From contig CAWJSR010000045.1 of assembly GCA_963845515.1 (NCBI GenBank), positions 170,108 through 234,107 on the forward strand: 64,000 nucleotides of DNA, read 5' to 3'. The notes below the pieces were generated by a model. The model did not search any database. It was given only the letters and a program-made list of their open reading frames with translations, and had not been told where the DNA came from. This document shows, piece after piece, positions 1 through 9,351 of this stretch. The translations under genes were made by a program, and so were the position numbers. This DNA is from an uncultured delta proteobacterium (GTDB taxonomy: Bacteria; Myxococcota; Myxococcia; Myxococcales; Anaeromyxobacteraceae). Within the stretch, counting starts at the first letter, position 1. Each line of letters opens with the position of its first letter.

Positions 1-556
1 AGAGCCCCCCTGCCGCGAGCAACACCACGACGGCGTAGGCGAGCCGCGGCCCGCCCAGCGCGATGAGGAGGCCGCCGAGCGCCGGACCGAGCACCATCGC
101 GGCGTGGAAGAACGAGGAGCGCCAGCTCGCCGCGTTGTGGTAGTGGGCGCGCGGGACGATCTCCGCGCCGAGCGCGCTGGTGGCGGGACGGAAGAAGGCC
201 CGGCCCAGGCCGGCGAGCGCCTGCGCGGCGTACAGGGGCAGCGTGGAGCGCGGGCTGCCGAGGCTCACCACGAGGAGCCAGGCGCCGCTCGCGCCGATGG
301 CCGCCAGCCCGGCGATCGAGAGCAGGCGGCGGTCCCGGCGATCCGCTGCCCAGCCGCCGACCAGGGTGAGGGTGAGGAAGGGGACCGCCTCGGCCAGCCC
401 GACGAGGCCGAGCGAGAGCGGGTCTCCCGTCAGCGAGTAGATCTGCCAGCCCAGCACCGCGCTCTGGATCTGCGTGGCGACGAAGACGGCCACCATCCCA
501 CCGAGGAAGGCGCGGTACTCGGGGAAGCGCAGCGAGGCGTACGGGTCGGGGGCCAC
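1..556 (-). CDS. MFS transporter, N-terminal part (runs off window start)
   Basis: Minus strand reads MAPDPYASLRFPEYRAFLGG...LGWQIYSLTGDPLSLGLVGLAEAVPFLTLTLVGGWAADRRDRR (MFS motif A); not in the ORF track because the stop lies outside the window. Confidence 0.85.
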   Translation of the reverse strand, partial: MAPDPYASLRFPEYRAFLGGMVAVFVATQIQSAVLGWQIYSLTGDPLSLGLVGLAEAVPFLTLTLVGGWAADRRDRRLLSIAGLAAIGASGAWLLVVSLGSPRSTLPLYAAQALAGLGRAFFRPATSALGAEIVPRAHYHNAASWRSSFFHAAMVLGPALGGLLIALGGPRLAYAVVVLLAAGGL

Positions 557-683
557 CGGCGACGCATGCTGCGCCGCGGCGTGCCGGGCGGTCAAGCGCG
601 GCACGGGGAGCGAGGCCGGGCCTCCGGACCCACACCGCCGCCTTTACCGCGAGGGTGAAATGAGGTCGGATCGAGGTGAACCC

Positions 684-1061
684 ATGGGCCGCATCCTGAT
701 CATCGAAGACGACAGCGCCATTCGCGAGATGTTGCGGCGGCGGCTGGAGCTCCGCGGCTTCGAGGTCGAGCAGGCGCCCGACGGCGAGTCGGGGCTCGCC
801 ATGATCCACGCGTCCCTGCCCGACGTCGTGCTCCTCGACCACGGGCTCCCGGGCATCAGCGGCTGGGAGGTCGCCCGGGCGCTGCGCGCAGACCCACGCT
901 TCGCGGCGCTACCCATCATCGCCCTCACGGCCCACGCCGGCCCGCTGGCGCGGCGCGACGCGCTCGACGCCGGCTGCACCGCCTTCCTCACCAAGCCGGT
1001 CGACATGAAGGCGCTCGAGAAGGAGCTGCGAACCCACGTCAAGCCCGGGAAGCCCCGGTGA
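684..1061 (+). CDS. Single-domain response regulator (CheY/DivK-like)
   Basis: ILIIEDD...VLLDHGLPGISG...IALTAHA...FLTKP receiver motifs. Confidence 0.9.
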   Translation: MGRILIIEDDSAIREMLRRRLELRGFEVEQAPDGESGLAMIHASLPDVVLLDHGLPGISGWEVARALRADPRFAALPIIALTAHAGPLARRDALDAGCTAFLTKPVDMKALEKELRTHVKPGKPR

Positions 1062-2260
1062 TCGAGCCGCGACTCAAGCCGCGCTCCGTCCGGCGCTTCA
1101 AGCGTGGGGCCGTGGTGGCCGCCTGCTTCGCGGGCTACGCGGCCGCCTTCTTCCCGGCGTGGAGCCTCCTCGGCGACAACGCCGGGACGCTCACGATCGT
1201 CCCAATCGTCGCTGCCGGGTGGCTCTTCGGCGTAGGCGCCGGGGTCGGCGCGGTGGTGGCCGGAGTGTTCCTCACTTACGGGCTCCTCGTGCAGGTCGCT
1301 CCCGACCCGCTCCGCGTGCTCCTGGAGAACAGCCTCAGCATCGCAGCGGGGTTCGCCGTCGGCGGCGCGACCGGCTGGGTCCGCCAGGTGCTGGCGCAGC
1401 TGCGGCGCCAGACCCGCCGGCTCGAGCAGCGCCACGCGCGGGCGCTCCTGGAGGCCGGGCTGAGGAAGGCGGCCGAGGAGGAGCTGCGCCGGGTGAACTC
1501 CACGCTGGAGGCGGCCTGCGACGCCGCGGTGCGTGCCTCGGACGAGAAGAGCCGGTTCCTGGGACGGGCGAGCCACGAGCTGCGGACCCCGCTCGCCGCC
1601 ATCCAGGGTTACGCAGAGCTGCTGCTGGAGGAGAGCGCCGCCAGGGGAGCGCCGCCGCAGACGCTTGCGCGCGACCTCGGCAGGATCGTCGAGGCGTCTC
1701 GCCACCTGGCTGGGCTCGTGGACGAGCTGCTGGACATCTCGAAGATCGAGACCGGCAGGCTGGAGGTGAAGCTCGCCTCCGTGGATCTGCGGTCGCTCGT
1801 CGAGGACGTCGCGGCGATGATGCAGCCGGCAGCGGTGGCGGCCGGGACCAGGCTTCGGGTCCGGTGCGCCGCTGACGTCCCGCGCGTCCGGACCGATGCC
1901 CGCCGCGCCCGGCAGGTCCTGCTCAACCTGCTCTCGAACGCCATCAAGTTCACTGGCGACGGTGACGTCGAGGTGGTGGCCGGTCCCGCGGTTGGCGCGC
2001 CGGATGAGTGGGCCGAGATCGAGGTGCGAGACACGGGGCCCGGGATGAGCGCGGAGGAGCAGCAGCTCGCCTTCGACGAGTTCTGGCGCGGCAACACCGA
2101 CAAGCCCGGCGTGGGGCTCGGGCTCTCCATCGCGCAGCGGCTCTGCGTGGAGCTCGGCGGCAGCATCGCCGTCAGCGGCGTCCCCGGCGTGGGGACGGCC
2201 TTCGTCGTCAGGCTGCCGGTGGTCGGGGCGAGGGAAGCCGACCTCCCTGCGCGCGCATGA
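1058..2260 (+). CDS. Membrane sensor histidine kinase
   Basis: N-terminal TM helices; H-box SHELRTPL, N-box NLLSNAIKFT, G1 DTGPG, G2 GLGLSI; GTGA overlap with the regulator. Confidence 0.92.
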   Translation: MIEPRLKPRSVRRFKRGAVVAACFAGYAAAFFPAWSLLGDNAGTLTIVPIVAAGWLFGVGAGVGAVVAGVFLTYGLLVQVAPDPLRVLLENSLSIAAGFAVGGATGWVRQVLAQLRRQTRRLEQRHARALLEAGLRKAAEEELRRVNSTLEAACDAAVRASDEKSRFLGRASHELRTPLAAIQGYAELLLEESAARGAPPQTLARDLGRIVEASRHLAGLVDELLDISKIETGRLEVKLASVDLRSLVEDVAAMMQPAAVAAGTRLRVRCAADVPRVRTDARRARQVLLNLLSNAIKFTGDGDVEVVAGPAVGAPDEWAEIEVRDTGPGMSAEEQQLAFDEFWRGNTDKPGVGLGLSIAQRLCVELGGSIAVSGVPGVGTAFVVRLPVVGAREADLPARA

Positions 2261-2276
2261 GCAACCGGGGCGAACG

Positions 2277-2564
2277 ATGAACGTGAGACAGGTCCAGGTC
2301 CGAGGGTGCCTCCCGACGCTGGTCGCCCTCGTGGTGGTCGGGGCGATCCTCGCCTTCGCCGTGACGACCGGCTTCGCGCTGCTCGCGGTCGCGGCGGTCG
2401 CTGGGCTCGTCGCGACGCTCGTCCGGCGGGCGCTCGGCGCCGCGAAGCCCGCAGACGAAAGGACGCCCGAAGCGCGCCGGCGCGCAGCGGACGTCACGAT
2501 CGATGCGGAGGTGGTCGAGCCTTCGGAGGGCGGCGACCACCGCCCGCCGAAGTTGCCCGAGTGA
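2277..2564 (+). CDS. Small membrane hypothetical protein
   Basis: Two hydrophobic segments then VTIDAEVV tail; follows the kinase in-operon. Confidence 0.6.
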   Translation: MNVRQVQVRGCLPTLVALVVVGAILAFAVTTGFALLAVAAVAGLVATLVRRALGAAKPADERTPEARRRAADVTIDAEVVEPSEGGDHRPPKLPE

Positions 2565-2575
2565 GGCGCGCCCTG

Positions 2576-2806
2576 CTAGGCGCTGCGCTCGTGCTGCGCC
2601 GCCATCATGGCGATCACCGCGACGACGATCGGTGACGCCAGCACGGCGACGAGGAGCGCGAACGCGAAGATCGGTGTTCCGAACGCAAAGACGATCGGGA
2701 CGAGGAGCATCATGGGGATCACCCTGCTCCAACGGATCGTTCCTCCGGCCGCCTTCGAGCCCACCACGACATCCGCGTACGAGATCGCCTGATAATCGCT
2801 CGCCAT
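2576..2806 (-). CDS. Small membrane hypothetical protein
   Basis: GGAGG RBS before ATG (MASDYQAISY...); hydrophobic C-terminal half. Confidence 0.55.
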   Translation of the reverse strand: MASDYQAISYADVVVGSKAAGGTIRWSRVIPMMLLVPIVFAFGTPIFAFALLVAVLASPIVVAVIAMMAAQHERSA

Positions 2807-3164
2807 CGCCGTTCCTCCCCCTGCGTTGTCTAGGCGCGCAGGTACTTCGCGTGGAACGTTAAGGCGCCCGGCGAACGGCCGCATGACCCTTCGTGGCTGC
2901 AAACTCCTGCAATATCAGCATGTTAACGTGTCCCACCTTGCGCCAGATCAACCTCGTCCCGATGGATGAGAGGGCGCAAGGCCAGCAAATGCGGCGTACT
3001 CGACTGGCGCGGTCAACCTTGACGGCGCCACTCCAAATACGACCTTAGGGGGAACCCATAAACCTTCGGGAAGGCCAGCGGCGCGAGCGACGGAAGGGTG
3101 GGGCGGGCCGCTCGTGAAGCGGTTATCGAGCGGCTGAGGTCGATCTCCCGCGTCGGAGCCCACC

Positions 3165-3626
3165 ATGGAAGATAGCTCCAGAGCCCTGCTCTTCCGGATC
3201 CTGCCGCTCGCCCCCGCGCTGCTGATCCTCTCGCTGCTCGCCGCCGCCGCGGCCTCCGGGATGGCGCGCGGACCTGGCGCGGGTGCGTGCGAGCCCCAGA
3301 CCTGGCTCGACTGGCACGTGGCGGTGAAGACCCAGTGCGTGACGCGCACCTACGTCTGCCACAACATGACCCCCTCGAAGCTCCTCCGGGACCCGCGGGT
3401 CGTCGACGCGTACGAGGACGCCCTCGCCTCGAACGACAGGGAGCGCATCGCGGAGATGGACACGCTCATCGGTCAGATCCGCTCGGCCTATGGCTGTGGC
3501 TCGGCGCCGGATCGGCTGCCGCGCGCCGCTCCAGGCCGCGCGCCGTGGGTCCCCCCAGGGCACCCCCCGATGCACGACCTGTCGCCGCGGGCAGATCCTG
3601 CGCTGGGGCTCGACAAGACGATCTGA
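3165..3626 (+). CDS. Secreted Cys-containing hypothetical protein
   Basis: Signal-peptide-like N-terminus, four Cys, PPGHPP motif, GGAG RBS. Confidence 0.6.
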   Translation: MEDSSRALLFRILPLAPALLILSLLAAAAASGMARGPGAGACEPQTWLDWHVAVKTQCVTRTYVCHNMTPSKLLRDPRVVDAYEDALASNDRERIAEMDTLIGQIRSAYGCGSAPDRLPRAAPGRAPWVPPGHPPMHDLSPRADPALGLDKTI

Positions 3627-3728
3627 CCCGTCGAGGTCGGCCCGAGCGGGCGCTCGCGGAGCCCGGCGGCCTGCCTCGTCTCCGAGCGCGATCGCCGGTG
3701 GCCCCCTCCCCGTGGCTTGACTAGTAAC

Positions 3729-3752
3729 GGTACCTTGCGATAACAAGGTACC
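3729..3752. promoter_or_regulatory. Palindromic operator upstream of padR
   Basis: GGTACCTTG-N6-CAAGGTACC perfect inverted repeat just upstream of the ATG. Confidence 0.7.
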
Positions 3753-3756
3753 GACC

Positions 3757-4083
3757 ATGCCGCCAGACTCCGACCGCTTCGGCGCCATCCGGAAGGGACT
3801 GCTCGAGCTCCTGGTCCTGAAGATCGTCGCCGCGGACAAGGTCTACGCGGCCGACATCCTGGCGAAGCTGGGGGGCACCGAGTTCGCGACGCAGGAGGGG
3901 ACGCTCTACCCGCTCCTGAGCAAGCTGCGGCGCGCCGGGCTGCTCGACTACGAGTGGGTCGAGTCGGAGGCCGGACCGCCGCGCAAGTACTACGTGCTGA
4001 CAGCCAGGGGGCGCACCTGGCTCGCCGAGCTCAACGCCTACTGGAAGACGCTCCGCTCCACGGTGGAGCGGATGGGAGAGTAG
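3757..4083 (+). CDS. PadR-family transcriptional regulator
   Basis: RKGLLELLVL...EGTLYPLLSKL...GPPRKYYVLT. Confidence 0.92.
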   Translation: MPPDSDRFGAIRKGLLELLVLKIVAADKVYAADILAKLGGTEFATQEGTLYPLLSKLRRAGLLDYEWVESEAGPPRKYYVLTARGRTWLAELNAYWKTLRSTVERMGE

Positions 4084-4085
4084 CC

Positions 4086-5234
4086 ATGCAGAAGGTCATC
4101 AACGCCAGCCTTCACGGCAACGCCTACGCCATCGAGGAGGGGGGCTACGAAGCGCTGCGCGCCTACCTGGACGCCGCCGCCGCCGGCCTCGCGGCCGATC
4201 CCGACCACGAGGAGATCCTCGGCGACATCGAGCAGGCGATCGCAGACAAGTGCGCCCGCCACCTCGGGCCGCACAAGTCGGTGGTCACCGAGGCCGAGAT
4301 GAAGCAGGCGCTCGAGGAGATGGGGCCGGTCGGCGCGACGCCAGAGGTCGGCCCCGCCGCCGCCGAGGCGCCGCCGTCGCCTCCCGCGGCAGAGCCGGTG
4401 CGCCGCCTCTACCGCATCCTCGAGGGCGGGATGGTGGGCGGCCTCTGCAACGGACTCGGCGCCTACTTCGCGCTGGACGCGAACGTCGTCCGGGCCATCT
4501 TCGTGGTGCTGACGCTCGTCACGCACGGCGCGTGGCTCCTGGTCTACCTCGTGCTCATGTTCGTGGTCCCGGCCGCCGGCACCCCCGAGGAGCGGGCCGC
4601 GGCGAGCGGCCTCCCCTTCAGCGCCCAGGGGCTGATCGACGAGGCCAAGCGCCACTACGCCAACCTGGAGCAGGAGCTGCGCGGCCCGTGGGGCGCGTGG
4701 CGCCACGGCGGCGGTGAGCGTCGCGAGCGCCGCCGCGAGGCCAGGCGCGCGGCCCGCGAGGCTCGACGATCCTGGCGCGAACACCGGGCCGAGGCGACGG
4801 TCGAAGCCTCCGGCGTCCCGTACGCACCGGCCCACTACGCGCAGCAGGTGGCAGCCGGCCTCACCGTCCCCGTGGCCGCCTTCGCGAGCGCGCTCCTGAC
4901 CGTCGCCTGGCTCCAGCTGTCGGCACAGGTCATCGTCACCGGCCGCCTGTTCGGCTGGTCGCCCGGGCTGCCGCTCTGGGCGGGGCTGGTGGTCCTGCTC
5001 CTCGTGACGGTCGTGGTCGGACGCCCGATCAGCCAGGTCCGCGCCGCGCTCCACCGGGCGCCCTATCCGGGCGGCGTCGCCTGGCTCGCCGCCTGGGACG
5101 GAATCCTCTGGCTCGGCTTCATCGCCCTCCTCGGCTGGTTCGCGTGGCACGCCCGCCCCGAGCTGAGCGCGCTCGCGCACGATCTCCCCGGCGCGGTCGA
5201 GAAGGTGCGGGCCTCCTGGCCGGGGGCGCGCTGA
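4086..5234 (+). CDS. PspC-domain membrane protein
   Basis: MQKVINASL...EEILGDIE N-domain; RRLYR...VGGLCNGLGAYF PspC motif; typical PadR-PspC pair. Confidence 0.88.
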   Translation: MQKVINASLHGNAYAIEEGGYEALRAYLDAAAAGLAADPDHEEILGDIEQAIADKCARHLGPHKSVVTEAEMKQALEEMGPVGATPEVGPAAAEAPPSPPAAEPVRRLYRILEGGMVGGLCNGLGAYFALDANVVRAIFVVLTLVTHGAWLLVYLVLMFVVPAAGTPEERAAASGLPFSAQGLIDEAKRHYANLEQELRGPWGAWRHGGGERRERRREARRAAREARRSWREHRAEATVEASGVPYAPAHYAQQVAAGLTVPVAAFASALLTVAWLQLSAQVIVTGRLFGWSPGLPLWAGLVVLLLVTVVVGRPISQVRAALHRAPYPGGVAWLAAWDGILWLGFIALLGWFAWHARPELSALAHDLPGAVEKVRASWPGAR

Positions 5235-5235
5235 C

Positions 5236-8200
5236 TCACCGGCCGCCGGCGCCGTCCGCGCCCGCCGTGAGCCTCGCGAGCGCGCGCTGCGCCAGCGCGG
5301 CGCTGCTGAACGGGCTCCAGCGCTTCGCCTCCCCGACCCTCCGGTAGGCCGCGATCGCCTCCTGCTTCTCGCCGTACGCCTCCGCCACGAAACCGACCAC
5401 GAGCCAGTCATGCGGCTCGATCGTGTCACCGTAGAGGCCGATCGAGTCGCGCAGGGCCTGCATCGCCGCCCCCGGCTCGCCGGTCCTGGCCAGGACCGCC
5501 GCGAGCGAGTGGAGGGCCACGCGGTCCCGGTGGTGGTCCAGCTCCGAGGCGCGCTGGGCCTCCTGCACCGCCGTAGGGGGCGTCGGCTCCTGGAAGAGGC
5601 GCGCCCACGCGAGGTTGTTGAGGTCCAGCGACCGCGGCTCCCCCTGGGTGACGCGCGAGACGAGGGCGATGCCCTCGTCGATCTCGCCCACGAAGAGGGC
5701 GGCGTGGCCGACGGCCCGCAGCATCGGGACCGGCGACGAGCCCTCGGCCACCGCGCGCACCGCGCGCCGCACGTCCTCGCCGCGGCGAAGCCCCCCGAGC
5801 GCGCGGATGCGGTAGGCGGCGGTGCCGTTCGGGGCCGCGTCGCGCAGGGCGTCCGAGAGCTCCAGGAGCCGCGGCCAGCGCTCGAGGGTCATGCAGGCCT
5901 CCGCGAGGGCCGCCTGCACGGAGCGGCGCGTCGCGTCGGGGAGAGGGCCGGAGAGCGCCTCCTCCAGGAGGGCGGCGGCCGGCGCCGGCGCGTCCGCGGC
6001 CGCGCCCAGCAGGGCCGCCAGGAGCCGGAGGTCGGCGACGGTGGCCTTCGCGGGGTCCGCGGAGGACGTGTCGACGAGGGAGTAGACGTAGTCCGCCTGC
6101 GGCTCGCGCGGTCCGCGATCCTCATTTGCCCAGCGCAGGAGGACCCGCGCGCCCTCGACGTCCCGGCGCTCGAGCCGGCGGAGCGCCTCGAGCGCCAGCT
6201 CGCCGCTCTCCTGCTGGGCCGCCAGGAGGCGCCACGTCGCCCCCGCGCGGAGCAGGTAGAGCTTCGCCGGCAGGGAGCCGAAGGTGATCGACACGCGCGC
6301 GAGGTCCCGGGCCGTCTCGTCCTCGCGGAGCTCCAGCGTCGCGGCCGTCAGGTCGGGCGCGGCGATGGCGGCGAAGCCCTCGGGCCCCCATCGGAGCAGC
6401 CTGTCGCCGAGGGGGCCTGCGGCGCGCTCAGGGGCGCTGCGCCCCGCCGCGACGGTGTCGCGGATCGCCCCCACCCCGTTCAGCGCCTGGATCCAGCGGA
6501 CCACGCCGCGCTGGGGCGAGCCGGCCGGCGCCGTCTCCTCGAGCCGGCTCGCGTCGTGGAGCAGGCGGCCGAGCGCCCGGAGGCCGGCGACGTCGTCGGC
6601 GCCGTCGCCGGCCCGGTCGATGAGCTGCGCGGCGCGTCCGTACTCGCGGCGGTAGGAGAGGCTCCTCACCGCGACGTGGAGCGCGGTGGCGCGATCCTTC
6701 GGCGGCAGCCGCCCCGCCTCGCCGACGGCCTGCTCCAGCCGGCCGTCCATCGCCAGCGCGGCGAGCAGCGGCCCGTCGCGCACGGCCCCCTGCGGGAGCT
6801 CGAGCGCGGTGCGCGCAGCGTCGGCGTAGCGTCCTGCCGCGACCAGCGCCCAGAGCAGCTGGGAGTCGTACTCCCGGTAGTCGAAGTCCTTGCGGGCCTT
6901 GAGGAAGAGCTCCGCGGCCTCCTCGGGGCGCGCCCCGCGGCCCAGGAAGCCGCAGTCCTCCCCGTCGAGGAGGAACCCCCCGAGCATCGCGAGCGTGCCG
7001 GGGACCTTCGGCTCGAGGATGGCAGCCCTGCGCGCGGCCTTGACCGCGCCCCCGACGTCGCACCCGCGCTTTCGGCGGCGGGAGACGAGGTCCTCCTCCA
7101 GCACGATGGCGAGCACCCGGTGCGCCCACCCGGACTCCGGCGCGAGCGCCACCGCGCGCCGGGCCGCGGCGCGCGCCGCGTCGCCGAGCCCGAGCCGGCG
7201 GTAGCCGAGCGCGAGCCGGAGCTGCGGCTCGTGGTCCCTGGGCGCGGCGGCGGCGAGGCGGCGCAGCTCGCTCAGCGCCTCGCGGCCACGCCCCGCCTCG
7301 AGCAGGCGCGTGCTCGTCCTGCGGAACTTGAAGCTCGGGCCGCCGATCCCGAACCTGGAGAGGGCGGCGCGGATCTCGTTCACGTCCTTCGCCGCGAGCG
7401 GACCGCGCGGGAGCGAGAGCGAGAAGCGTGCGGACAGCGCGTCACCGCGCTCTCGCGCGTACGCCGCTGCGAACCGGAACGGTCCGACGGCCACCTTCGT
7501 CTCCACGGGCAGCGGCTCGACCGGCTCGAACCCCGGGGGTGGCACGACGCGGTAGTCCAGCTCGCCGCTGCACGGGCGCTGGATCGCGAGCGCGCGCTCG
7601 CGCGCTGGCTTCCTGGAGGCGCCCCCCTCCGCCGAGGAGGGCGCCTCGGGCACCAGCTCGGAGGGGAGGCACGCCAGGACGCGAGGATCGAGGCGCGCCT
7701 CGGCGTCGTCGTCGAGCGTCCTGCCGAGCTTCGAGCCCTTCGCCTCGCCGCGGACGACGAGCTGGCCGTCCTCGCGGGTCTCGGCCGAGACCGTCGCCTC
7801 GTCGGCCTCCAGCCGCTCCTTCACGTCGGCGACGCGCGACCGGGCCACCTGGTCGGCGGTCCGGTCGCGCGCGAAGTCGCGGAGCTCCGCGGCGAGGGCG
7901 CCGTCGTAGGTGCGCACCTCCGTCACCTGCGTGAGCCCGCTCGCCTGGAGGCGGACCTGCCGCTCGACGTGGGCCTTGTAGGCCGCGGGCGACGTCACGG
8001 GGAGGGTGACGAGCGCCTTCGTCCCCCTTCGGGCGACGAGCGCGAGCTTCCCGTCGACGCCGGGGGGGAGCACGCCGAGCGGCAGCTCGGGCGCGAGCGG
8101 ATCGAGGAAGATCGGCCGGGCGCCGCCGAGCGAGACGATCGCGTGGTCGAAGAAGCCGAGGCCGGGGAGGTTGGGGTCGAGCTCCGTGGGGCCCGTCCGG

Positions 8201-9276
8201 AGGAGCGCGACGTCAGCCTCGTGGCCGAGGGCGCGCATGAGCGCGACGAAGAGCAGCGACACGTCCTTGCAGTCGCCGTAACGCCGGGTGAGCACCTCGC
8301 GCGGCTTCACCGGGACGATCGCCGCCATGCCGAGCTCGAGGCCGGTGTAGCGGACCCGCTCGCGGATGTGGCGGAGGACGCGGACGGCCTGCGCGTCGCG
8401 ACCGGATGCGCCCGCCGTGAGCTCGCGCGCCAGCGCCCCGAGGTCGGCCCCCGCGAGCTGCGGCTCGAGGAGCGCCGCATAGCCCTCGGCGACCGCCTCC
8501 CAGGAGGCGCCGCTCGAGAAGGCGAGGTGCGGCTCGGGGGAGAGCACGGCCGGCTGGCCGTCCTCCGTCGACGGCGAGGCGGGGAGGTTCTTCCAGTCCC
8601 AGCGGAGGACCCGTCGCCCGCCAGCGGTGCGCTCCTCGTGCGCGGGGGCCAGGCCGCGGACCACGAACTTCAGGGGGAGGCTCGCGGGCGCGTCGAGGCG
8701 GACCCGGAGCCGGCGCAGCGCGGGGTCGCTGAGATCCACGAGCCAGGACGACCCGGAGCGGTGGTACGGCTCGCGATCCCGCTCGACGATGAGGATCTCG
8801 ACCACCGAGCCGTTCTGGACCCCGGGGAGCGGCCCGCGCACGACGCGCCGGTCAGTGACCATCCCCTCCGGCGGCTCGACGGCGGCCTCGGAGAGCGTCG
8901 CGGGATCCAGCGGGTACTCCTGGCCCGAGGGCGAGATGACGCGCGCCCGGATCACCGGTCGGTCCTGGTACCGCGGCTCCCAGGACGCTGAGACCACGCC
9001 GCCCGACCGCACCGCCTCCGCCGAGAGCGGGCGGAAGACCATGTGGCGTTGCGCGGTGAGCCGCCCGGCCTCGTCGACCACCAGGTCGATGTCCCGGAGC
9101 AGCGGCTCCCAGTGGGCGTCCTCCGCGGCCCTCAGCGAGGCCGACGCGCGCGCGACCTCCGCGGCAGGCGCGACGAAGGGTCCAAGCTCCCAAGGCAGCC
9201 CGGGCGAGCCCGCGGCGATGAAGGCGGAAAGGATGAGCGTCAGCACGGGTCCCCCGATGACCGATGGTGTCGGCAC
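5236..9276 (-). CDS. DUF3857/transglutaminase-like/TPR secreted protein
   Basis: 1346-aa ORF; GDCKD, FDHAI, FLDP transglutaminase-like triad; C-terminal TPR-like helices. Confidence 0.85.
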   Translation of the reverse strand: MPTPSVIGGPVLTLILSAFIAAGSPGLPWELGPFVAPAAEVARASASLRAAEDAHWEPLLRDIDLVVDEAGRLTAQRHMVFRPLSAEAVRSGGVVSASWEPRYQDRPVIRARVISPSGQEYPLDPATLSEAAVEPPEGMVTDRRVVRGPLPGVQNGSVVEILIVERDREPYHRSGSSWLVDLSDPALRRLRVRLDAPASLPLKFVVRGLAPAHEERTAGGRRVLRWDWKNLPASPSTEDGQPAVLSPEPHLAFSSGASWEAVAEGYAALLEPQLAGADLGALARELTAGASGRDAQAVRVLRHIRERVRYTGLELGMAAIVPVKPREVLTRRYGDCKDVSLLFVALMRALGHEADVALLRTGPTELDPNLPGLGFFDHAIVSLGGARPIFLDPLAPELPLGVLPPGVDGKLALVARRGTKALVTLPVTSPAAYKAHVERQVRLQASGLTQVTEVRTYDGALAAELRDFARDRTADQVARSRVADVKERLEADEATVSAETREDGQLVVRGEAKGSKLGRTLDDDAEARLDPRVLACLPSELVPEAPSSAEGGASRKPARERALAIQRPCSGELDYRVVPPPGFEPVEPLPVETKVAVGPFRFAAAYARERGDALSARFSLSLPRGPLAAKDVNEIRAALSRFGIGGPSFKFRRTSTRLLEAGRGREALSELRRLAAAAPRDHEPQLRLALGYRRLGLGDAARAAARRAVALAPESGWAHRVLAIVLEEDLVSRRRKRGCDVGGAVKAARRAAILEPKVPGTLAMLGGFLLDGEDCGFLGRGARPEEAAELFLKARKDFDYREYDSQLLWALVAAGRYADAARTALELPQGAVRDGPLLAALAMDGRLEQAVGEAGRLPPKDRATALHVAVRSLSYRREYGRAAQLIDRAGDGADDVAGLRALGRLLHDASRLEETAPAGSPQRGVVRWIQALNGVGAIRDTVAAGRSAPERAAGPLGDRLLRWGPEGFAAIAAPDLTAATLELREDETARDLARVSITFGSLPAKLYLLRAGATWRLLAAQQESGELALEALRRLERRDVEGARVLLRWANEDRGPREPQADYVYSLVDTSSADPAKATVADLRLLAALLGAAADAPAPAAALLEEALSGPLPDATRRSVQAALAEACMTLERWPRLLELSDALRDAAPNGTAAYRIRALGGLRRGEDVRRAVRAVAEGSSPVPMLRAVGHAALFVGEIDEGIALVSRVTQGEPRSLDLNNLAWARLFQEPTPPTAVQEAQRASELDHHRDRVALHSLAAVLARTGEPGAAMQALRDSIGLYGDTIEPHDWLVVGFVAEAYGEKQEAIAAYRRVGEAKRWSPFSSAALAQRALARLTAGADGAGGR

Positions 9277-9351
9277 CGGGAGTGTTCCACAGGTGCGCGC
9301 GACGGGCGGACACCTTTCTCACCCGGGCAGGTGGGTCGAGGTGGGTGGCCG